Below, in pieces: positions 25,727 through 32,000 of a stretch of 32,000 nt of DNA. The translations under genes were made by a program, and so were the position numbers. The notes under the pieces were generated by a model, which ran no database searches, had not been told where the DNA came from, and saw nothing but the letters and a program-made list of their open reading frames with translations. The DNA lies in contig NC_013926.1 of assembly GCF_000025665.1 (NCBI RefSeq), forward strand, positions 660,001-692,000. The letters are read 5' to 3'. The stretch is from Aciduliprofundum boonei T469 (GTDB taxonomy: Archaea > Thermoplasmatota > Thermoplasmata > Thermoplasmatales > Aciduliprofundaceae). Each line of letters starts with the position of its first letter. The first letter of the stretch is position 1.

Positions 25727-27093
25727 TGCTGACCACCTACCACTATACCCTTATCAAATCTCATATGCGGCCCTCCAGAGCTAACAAATGCAGTTTGACC
25801 CTTTCCACACCGGCCCATTTCAAGGCCAAAATCTTTACCTACAGCACTTATCTTTTTCAAAGCATCTATTGCTATCCCGCTTATGCTCGTATCTTTTATG
25901 CTCTCTGCGAGCTCTCCATTGCGTATTATGTACCCCTCCTGTACGCCCACTTGGAAAGATGAGTTAAGCTCGGCTTGCCCTCCACGGAAATCCACGAGGT
26001 AATAGCCGAATTTTATCCCCTCAAGCAGTTCCTCGAAGCTATGATCTCCCCTTTCAAAAACCGTGTTTCGCATTCTTATTATCGGTGGTACGGTGTAATT
26101 TTCAGCCCTAGCATGGCCGTTTGGCTCCATTCCCCAGCGAGCTGCATACTCCCTGTTTAGCATAATTTCTGTGAGAATACCATCTTTTATTATGTGCACA
26201 TCTTTAATTTTTGTACCCTCATCATCGTAAACATTGTTGCCAAATCCATTCTCTACGATTCTATCGCTCATATTCACGAATTCCGGGGCAATCTGCTTTC
26301 CTATTAAATCTCTGAAGGGGGAGTTTATGGTCAGGTCAGCCTCTGCCAAATGCCCCAGGGCCTCATGTGCGATTATCCCAACTATTATCGGACCTGCCAC
26401 TATGGGATATTCACCTCTCTTTGGCGAGACACCATTTAACTGAGCATTTAATTTTTTCAAAACTCTTTTAGAAACTTTTTCAACACTCTCCTCTTGGAAT
26501 AATTCCCAGCCCATATCAACGCTTCCAATTTCATCCCTTGCTGCAGCCATGCCCTTCTCGTTCTTTCCAGTGGCCCAGATGTACTGCCAAACATAGCCCA
26601 TATCCCATACTATTTTTGTACCTTCAGATGTGTATAGAACCTTTGTACCAGAAGTATCTTGGTAAATTATTCTGGTGGATTTTACATTTTTATCATTCTT
26701 CAACTCCCTTTCCAAATCTTTCATTCTTTTAACTTTTTCCTGCACGTCCACCTCTTCTGGCTTGATCCTCATCTTGCTTTTAACCTCATCCTCAATAATA
26801 TCAATATCTGCAAGATTAATTTTCTCATATCTTCCCCGAGATGCGGCTTTAGCCATCTTATATGCTTTTTCTATTGCATTTTTCAGCTCCTCAATTTTTG
26901 TGGTGGAAGAGAATCCCCAGGCACCCTCGGCTAAGACACGAATCCCAAAGCCCGAGGATTTCAAGGATGTGAAAGTGGAAAATGTACCATCTTTAAGCTC
27001 TATATTTAATTTTGATAGTTCCTCACCTCTTATCTCCACATACTCTGCCTTTATATTCTTATTTGCCCAATCAATTATTCCATCTAAATCCAT
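25723..27093 (-). CDS. tldD: TldD-family zinc metalloprotease
   Basis: AHEALGHLAEAD is the HExxxH zinc site. DDEG, RMRNT and a GKGQTAFVSSGGPHMRF-type C-terminus are typical of TldD. Confidence 0.85.
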   Translation of the reverse strand: MDLDGIIDWANKNIKAEYVEIRGEELSKLNIELKDGTFSTFTSLKSSGFGIRVLAEGAWGFSSTTKIEELKNAIEKAYKMAKAASRGRYEKINLADIDIIEDEVKSKMRIKPEEVDVQEKVKRMKDLERELKNDKNVKSTRIIYQDTSGTKVLYTSEGTKIVWDMGYVWQYIWATGKNEKGMAAARDEIGSVDMGWELFQEESVEKVSKRVLKKLNAQLNGVSPKRGEYPIVAGPIIVGIIAHEALGHLAEADLTINSPFRDLIGKQIAPEFVNMSDRIVENGFGNNVYDDEGTKIKDVHIIKDGILTEIMLNREYAARWGMEPNGHARAENYTVPPIIRMRNTVFERGDHSFEELLEGIKFGYYLVDFRGGQAELNSSFQVGVQEGYIIRNGELAESIKDTSISGIAIDALKKISAVGKDFGLEMGRCGKGQTAFVSSGGPHMRFDKGIVVGGQQ

Positions 27094-27220
27094 ACAATCA
27101 CCAGAGGATAGGATATCAAAGGATTCTATAAATTATTTTCTTATAGATGCAAATTTGCGAAAAATTTAAATAAATACATGAAATATACATTATTTAGCCA
27201 ATAAAAAGGAGGTATTATGT
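27094..27220. promoter_or_regulatory. divergent promoter/operator region between tldD and the RHH-proteasome-alpha-like gene
   Basis: A 127-nt AT-rich spacer containing a TATA-like aaatttaaataaata; an inverted repeat CTATAA-n9-TTATAG (27126..27146); AAATTT-n5-AAATTT (27151..27167); ATACAT-n5-ATACAT (27174..27190); and a GGAGGT Shine-Dalgarno site at 27208..27213, 7 nt before the ATG at 27221. Confidence 0.5.
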
Positions 27221-27922
27221 ATGAGTGAGATAAGAATAGTGATACCGGATAAGGTAGATAGGTACCTTGATTCTTTAGTGCGCACGGGAATGTTCTCTTC
27301 CAAGGCTGAGCTTTTCAGGGCGGCCCTTATGGAGTACCTTGAAGAAATATCCTCTGTGGCCAAAGACTACGATTCCAAGCTTATGTTCTCTCCTGAAGGT
27401 AGGATATACCAGTTGGAATATGCAAAGGAGGCATCCTTGAGAGGAGTGCCTGTTGTGGCAATTACTTATTCCTCAGGCATACTATTTATGAATCCAGATT
27501 TAAGTGATGGGGACATTGAGTATGCGGATAAAATATATTCAAATGGAGAGATTATAGCAGCCTTCTCAGGCCTTGCTGCTGATGGCTTGTATGTCATGAG
27601 CAAGATAAGGAAAATGAAAGGAGAGATGCGAACTCTCCTTTTTGAGCTCTCCAAAATATTCTGGGAATTTACAACCAAGATGGGCTATAGACCCCTGGGA
27701 GCAAGCGTAATGGTTGGATTTAAAAAAGAGAAAAAAATAGCAGTTTTTGATCCCTCAGGCAGCTATCATTTTGCAAACTACTGGGCAATAGGAGATGGAG
27801 AGAAAGATATTATGGAGATTTTGAGGGGGAAATATAGAAAAGATATGAGCAAAGAAGAAGCTTTGAAACTTGCGCTAAATGCACTTGGTAATCCTCAGAA
27901 GTACAAATTTGAAGCTCTTTGA
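27221..27922 (+). CDS. ribbon-helix-helix (CopG-like) domain fused to a truncated proteasome alpha-subunit-like domain
   Basis: aa 3-42 (EIRIVIPDKVDRYLDSLVRTGMFSSKAELFRAALMEYLEE) follows the RHH strand-helix-helix pattern. aa 49-71 (DYDSKLMFSPEGRIYQLEYAKEA) is the alpha-subunit N-terminal signature. Collinear GLAADG, YRPLGASVMVG, FDPSGSY and AIGDG blocks follow. Confidence 0.75.
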   Translation: MSEIRIVIPDKVDRYLDSLVRTGMFSSKAELFRAALMEYLEEISSVAKDYDSKLMFSPEGRIYQLEYAKEASLRGVPVVAITYSSGILFMNPDLSDGDIEYADKIYSNGEIIAAFSGLAADGLYVMSKIRKMKGEMRTLLFELSKIFWEFTTKMGYRPLGASVMVGFKKEKKIAVFDPSGSYHFANYWAIGDGEKDIMEILRGKYRKDMSKEEALKLALNALGNPQKYKFEAL

Positions 27923-27964
27923 TTTTTCAGAAAATCTTAATACTATCTTTGCACATATTCAAAG

Positions 27965-28933
27965 GTGAAAAGGGTAACGGTTATTGCTCAGAAAAAAGAG
28001 CTTGAAAAGGTTAAAAATGCAGCGGAGAATTTGATTTACAATGTGGAGGATTTAGAAAATGGCCTCGTTCGCTTGGATATATATGTGAATGATGCTCTTC
28101 TGGATGATTTGATACCCAAGTTGCAGGATTCTGTAGATTTGAGACACAGGGAAAGCGTTATTGAAGTGGTCTCTCCAGATTTTGTTATATCCTCTTCTCT
28201 GCAAAAGAGAGAAAAGAGTATAAAGAAAGAGGGAAGGGCGACTGTGGAGGAGCTTTTAGCATCTTCAAAGAAATATACAAGAATCGATTTTGGAAAAACG
28301 ACCTTAATAATCATTGCGGGTATAATCGCTCTAATAGGACTTTTTATGAATAATGTACCAATTATAATAGGAGCCATGCTTCTCTCTCCTCTCCTGGGTC
28401 CGATTTACAGTTTTGTTATAAACATATCTGTGGGAAGAAGCAAGGATGCATGGTTGAGTATGTTGAATATGGGCATCATGCTGATTCTCGTGATCGTGAC
28501 TTCGTACATAGCAACTCTCTTGATATCTATTTTTATTCCTGTATATCTCACCCCGGAGATTTTGATGAGATTTGATACAAATCCCATATACATCTTAATG
28601 GCCATCCTTCTTGGATTTGCAGCCGTATTTGCATATGCTAAAGGGCTATCGGAGAGCATAGCGGGTATAGCTATAGCTGCAGCCCTATTGCCACCACTGG
28701 TAGTTTCTGGCATTGCCCTAGCAATGTATCTGGATTACGCTGCCAAACCCCTTCTACTGAGCATGGAAAACATCGTAGGTCTGATAACCGGTGGGCTTAT
28801 GGCAATAATTGTTCTGAGAATTGAACCAAGGAGATATTATGAAAAGGCAAAGGCCAGAAAAATGCTTCACAGATTGTATCTTACCCTCACCTCCCTCCTG
28901 GTGATTCTCATTTTGCTTTCCTTGTTGCTATAA
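27965..28933 (+). CDS. DUF389-family membrane protein
   Basis: It has an N-terminal soluble domain of about 110 aa followed by TM segments, with the hallmark IIGAMLLSPLLGPIY and AAALLPPL motifs. The start is a GTG. Confidence 0.7.
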   Translation: MKRVTVIAQKKELEKVKNAAENLIYNVEDLENGLVRLDIYVNDALLDDLIPKLQDSVDLRHRESVIEVVSPDFVISSSLQKREKSIKKEGRATVEELLASSKKYTRIDFGKTTLIIIAGIIALIGLFMNNVPIIIGAMLLSPLLGPIYSFVINISVGRSKDAWLSMLNMGIMLILVIVTSYIATLLISIFIPVYLTPEILMRFDTNPIYILMAILLGFAAVFAYAKGLSESIAGIAIAAALLPPLVVSGIALAMYLDYAAKPLLLSMENIVGLITGGLMAIIVLRIEPRRYYEKAKARKMLHRLYLTLTSLLVILILLSLLL

Positions 28934-28967
28934 AAAGTATTATCTACATTTAGCCCTTTTTCCAACT

Positions 28968-29702
28968 ATGCTCCTTGTTAAACTCGGAGGAAGCGTGATA
29001 ACGGATAAAAGGATATATCGCAGATTTAGAGAATCTGCTGTAGAAAGAATAGCAGCACGATTGCCTAGAGAGAATTTGTTAATTGTTCATGGAGGTGGCT
29101 CTTTTGGGCATCATTTGGCCAAAGAATATGCGATAACATCTGGCTTTGAAAAGGAGAAAAGAGAAGGATTTGCTAAAATTGGATTTGATATGGAGGAATT
29201 GAATTTGAGAATTATGGATATTCTTATTGAGAGAAATATTCCTGCAATATCTTTGCCCCCTCACGCGTTTTTCATCTATGGGGAAGAGCCAAGAATGGAT
29301 GTATTTCGCAAAGCTGTAGAGCTTGGATTCGTGCCTGTTACTTATGGGGATATAATTTTTGATAAAAGGCAGGGCATAAATATATGCTCTGGCGATTATT
29401 TAATGTACCATCTTGCTAAAGAATTTAAACCTGGGAAAACCATATTTCTTACGGATGTTGATGGAATATACGATAGAGATCCTGCTCAAGATGGGGCTAG
29501 ATTGATAAGGAAGCTGAACAGGGATGTTGAGCCGAGCACAGCGATAAAGGTGGATGATGTTACTGGAGGCATAGCATACAAGATTGAGATGATGAGGAAA
29601 ATAGCAGATTATAGCAAAGTGTATGTTATAAATGGTTTTCATCCAGAGAGGATAAATAAGGTTATGAATGATGAAGAGTTCATAGGGACGGTGGTTGAAT
29701 GA
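28968..29702 (+). CDS. ipk: isopentenyl phosphate kinase
   Basis: MLLVKLGGSVITDK...LIVHGGGSFGHHLAKEY shows the amino-acid-kinase fold with the IPK His motif. TDVDGIYDRDP is present. It is coupled by ATGA to the type-2 IDI gene. Confidence 0.88.
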   Translation: MLLVKLGGSVITDKRIYRRFRESAVERIAARLPRENLLIVHGGGSFGHHLAKEYAITSGFEKEKREGFAKIGFDMEELNLRIMDILIERNIPAISLPPHAFFIYGEEPRMDVFRKAVELGFVPVTYGDIIFDKRQGINICSGDYLMYHLAKEFKPGKTIFLTDVDGIYDRDPAQDGARLIRKLNRDVEPSTAIKVDDVTGGIAYKIEMMRKIADYSKVYVINGFHPERINKVMNDEEFIGTVVE

Positions 29703-30712
29703 TTGAGAATCGCAAGTTAGAGCACATAAAAATATGCGCTGATAAGGATGTTAATTCCCATCACAATTACTGGAATGATGTAGTGTTAAAGCACGAAACT
29801 ATCCCCAAAGTTGATATGGAAAATGTAGAACTGAGTGTGGAATTCTTAGGAAAGAAGTTAAATTATCCGATTATAATAGATGCAATGACGGGGGGACATA
29901 AGGTTGCAAAGCTCATTAATGAAAATCTGGCGGCTGCGGCGGAAGAGCTTGGAATAGGCATGGCTGTTGGCTCACAGAGAGCCGCAATAGAGAATACAAA
30001 GCTGGAAGATACATATTCTGTGGTGGCAAAATACGATATGCCCTTGAGAATAGGAAATCTGGGTGCACCTCAATTTGCGTTGGGGTATGGAGAGGAGGAG
30101 GTAAAAAAGGCCATTGAGATGATTGATGCCCATGCCATAGATATTCACTTCAATTATTTGCAGGAGGCAATACAGCCTGAGGGAGATACGAAGGTTGGCA
30201 ATTTAAGGGAAAATCTTGCAGAACTTGCCAGGAAATATAAGTTGATAGCGAAGGAAACAGGTGCTGGTATAAGTAGAAATGCAGCTGAATTTTTCAAAAA
30301 TGCTGGATTTAAGGCCATTGATGTTAGTGGCGTGAGCGGTACAAGCTTTGCAGCCGTTGAATACTACAGAGGTGGAGAAGAAGGTAAGCTCTTCTGGGAC
30401 TGGGGATTACCTGCACCATACTGCATATTGAGCTTGAAAGACTTAAATATGCCTCTAATAGGCTCTGGGGGTATAAGAAATGGACTCGATGCCGCCAAAG
30501 CCATAGCTTTAGGTGCGGATGTAGTTGGTATAGCCAGGATTTTGCTCAAGCCTGCTATGAAATCCAAAGAGGATGTGATAAAGGTACTGGAGAGGATAAT
30601 AAAAGAGCTCAGAATCGCTGTGTTTTTAATTGGAGCAGAGAGTGTGAAAGAGTTGAAAAACGCCAAATATGTGGTTAGGGGTGAGCTTGCCCAATGGTTG
30701 AGACATTGTTAG
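29699..30712 (+). CDS. fni: isopentenyl-diphosphate delta-isomerase, type 2 (FMN-dependent)
   Basis: NRKLEHIKIC, MTGG, AVGSQRAA, KETGAGIS, SGVSGTSFAAVE and GSGGIRNGLDAAKAIALGADVVGIAR blocks are present. Confidence 0.92.
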   Translation: MIENRKLEHIKICADKDVNSHHNYWNDVVLKHETIPKVDMENVELSVEFLGKKLNYPIIIDAMTGGHKVAKLINENLAAAAEELGIGMAVGSQRAAIENTKLEDTYSVVAKYDMPLRIGNLGAPQFALGYGEEEVKKAIEMIDAHAIDIHFNYLQEAIQPEGDTKVGNLRENLAELARKYKLIAKETGAGISRNAAEFFKNAGFKAIDVSGVSGTSFAAVEYYRGGEEGKLFWDWGLPAPYCILSLKDLNMPLIGSGGIRNGLDAAKAIALGADVVGIARILLKPAMKSKEDVIKVLERIIKELRIAVFLIGAESVKELKNAKYVVRGELAQWLRHC

Positions 30713-31269
30713 ACTCTCCCTGTCCTATTTGTGGAAAGAAAACTCTTCTTTATCGTGCCGAGGAATTAAACCTGCCGCATTTCGGAAAATGCTTGGAGAC
30801 AACCATTATATGCAAGAGCTGTGGATTCCGCCATGCCGATGTAATGATGCTTGAAGTTCACGATGCTATGGAATATAAGGTTAGCATAGAGAGCGAGAAA
30901 GATATGTACATAAAGGTTGTGCGCTCCACATCGGGTACACTTCTCATACCCGAAATAGGTGCAAAATTAGAACCAGGGCCTCTATCGGAAGCGTTTATAA
31001 CCAATGTGGAAGGAGTGCTGAATAGATTTGTAGATATTCTCGTGCAAATTATGCATGATAGCCCTGAGAAAAAGGATGCAGTTCTAGAAATTTTGCGTAA
31101 AATAGGTTACATAAGGCACGGGCGTATGAAAGCCACTCTAATAATAAAAGATCCTCTTGGCAACAGTGCAATCATAAGCGATAAAACAGAGAAGAGAAAA
31201 TTGAGCGAGGAGGAAACAAAAGAGCTGAAACTCGGAGAATTTGCCATCGATATCAGTGCTTTGAAATGA
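30694..31269 (+). CDS. ZPR1-type zinc-finger protein
   Basis: CPICGKK...n25...CKSCGF forms a C4 finger, followed by a beta-rich domain, as in archaeal ZPR1-like proteins. It overlaps the fni 3' end by 19 nt. Confidence 0.65.
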   Translation: MVETLLDSPCPICGKKTLLYRAEELNLPHFGKCLETTIICKSCGFRHADVMMLEVHDAMEYKVSIESEKDMYIKVVRSTSGTLLIPEIGAKLEPGPLSEAFITNVEGVLNRFVDILVQIMHDSPEKKDAVLEILRKIGYIRHGRMKATLIIKDPLGNSAIISDKTEKRKLSEEETKELKLGEFAIDISALK

Positions 31270-31303
31270 GAATTTTTAAATAACCAAATACTTTTCTTAG
31301 GTT

Positions 31304-32000
31304 ATGGAATTTCCGAAGGAGAACTTCAGTGAGTGGTACAACGAGGTTATCGAGACAGCAGGACTTGTTGATAAAAGATATCCTGTTAAGGGAATGCATG
31401 TATGGCTCCCATATGGATGGCAGTTGATGCGCAATATAGATGAATATTTTCGCAAAGTTTTTACGGAGCATAAGCACCAGGAAGTTTATTTTCCATTGTT
31501 GATTCCCGAAACTGAGTTTAAGAAGGAGGCAGAGCATATAGAAGGATTTGAGAATGAAGTTTATTGGGTTACCCATGGTGGTTTGGATCCATTGGATGTG
31601 AAGTTGGTAGTTAGACCAACAAGCGAGACAGCCATGTACCCCATGTTCTCCTTATGGATTCGTTCTCATGCAGATTTACCTCTTCGTATATTCCAAATAG
31701 TGAATGTGTTTAGGTATGAGACAAAACAGACCCGCACATTTATAAGGGTTCGAGAGGTACATTTCTTTGAATCTCATACAGCACATGCAACTGCTGAAGA
31801 ATCCGAAGAGCAGATAAAAGATAACATAGAGATATGGAAAAAGGTTGCGGATAAGCTTGCGCTACCCTATGTTTTAGTTCGTAAAACTGATTGGGACAAG
31901 TTTCCGGGAGCGGCATATTCTATTGGGGCTGAGACGATTATGCCCTCTGGCCGAACTTTGCAGATTGCCACAATTCACCAGTATTTTCAGAATTTCTCAA
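31304..32000 (+). CDS. proS: prolyl-tRNA synthetase, archaeal/eukaryotic type; N-terminal 232 codons, continuing past the window
   Basis: This gene is missing from the ORF track because there is no stop in the window. My hand translation gives [49 protein letters not shown]...[60 protein letters not shown]..., which contains the class II motifs of archaeal-type ProRS. Confidence 0.9.
   Translation, partial: MEFPKENFSEWYNEVIETAGLVDKRYPVKGMHVWLPYGWQLMRNIDEYFRKVFTEHKHQEVYFPLLIPETEFKKEAEHIEGFENEVYWVTHGGLDPLDVKLVVRPTSETAMYPMFSLWIRSHADLPLRIFQIVNVFRYETKQTRTFIRVREVHFFESHTAHATAEESEEQIKDNIEIWKKVADKLALPYVLVRKTDWDKFPGAAYSIGAETIMPSGRTLQIATIHQYFQNFS

Noticed and set aside
26675-27169. 164-aa plus-strand ORF overlapping the tldD 5' half and the promoter spacer
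   Set aside because: The sequence is low-complexity and Ser/Phe/Ile/Leu-rich, antisense to a well-supported TldD gene, and has no Shine-Dalgarno site or motif support.
31253-31576. 107-aa minus-strand ORF at the right end of the window
   Set aside because: It is antisense to the hand-translated proS reading frame, which has strong class II aaRS motifs. The tracked ORF is a shadow ORF, and the real gene is missing from the track only because it lacks a stop in the window.
1-32000. Search for CRISPR arrays, tRNA/rRNA genes, IS elements, integrases and long direct or inverted repeats
   Set aside because: All intergenic spacers are 157 nt or shorter. None shows a cloverleaf-like structure, a regularly spaced repeat or terminal inverted repeats, and no ORF resembles a transposase or recombinase.

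Overview
This window looks like a gene-dense chromosomal segment from an AT-rich archaeon, probably a thermophilic euryarchaeon. It holds about 33 CDS. Most intergenic gaps are under 100 nt, and many neighbouring genes overlap at ATGA or TAATG start/stop junctions. The lineage call rests on split glycine decarboxylase (gcvPA/gcvPB), split transketolase, isopentenyl phosphate kinase next to a type-2 IPP isomerase, an archaeal-type ProRS, several single-domain KaiC-like ATPases, strong GGAGGT Shine-Dalgarno sites, and an MTA phosphorylase ending in a CGC motif. The lineage is inferred, not proven. I saw no rRNA, tRNA, CRISPR array, transposase or integrase. Gene order: nitrilase-family tail, MFS, gcvPA/PB, ubiX, NhaP antiporter plus a small membrane RCK_C protein, and MTAP. 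Next is an AT-rich glycan cluster: Wzx-like flippase, Bcs1-like CDP-ribitol synthase, TagF-like polyol-phosphate transferase, NDP-sugar pyrophosphorylase-cupin and a putative GT-B transferase. An uninterrupted minus-strand array follows: MFS, three KaiC-like proteins, DUF763, transketolase N and C subunits, transaldolase. The window ends with an XRE regulator, a tldD-pmbA-glycoprotein-hutH array, an RHH/proteasome-alpha-like fusion, DUF389, ipk, fni, a ZPR1-type zinc finger protein and a partial proS. Two candidates for something undescribed stand out. (1) The 27221..27922 ORF joins a ribbon-helix-helix DNA-binding domain to a truncated proteasome alpha-subunit-like domain and is divergently transcribed from tldD/pmbA. 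(2) A translationally coupled module encodes one catalytically intact KaiC-like ATPase and two degenerate ones, flanked by an MFS transporter and a DUF763 protein carrying a helix-hairpin-helix motif. All functional calls come from motif recognition by eye; no database search was run.
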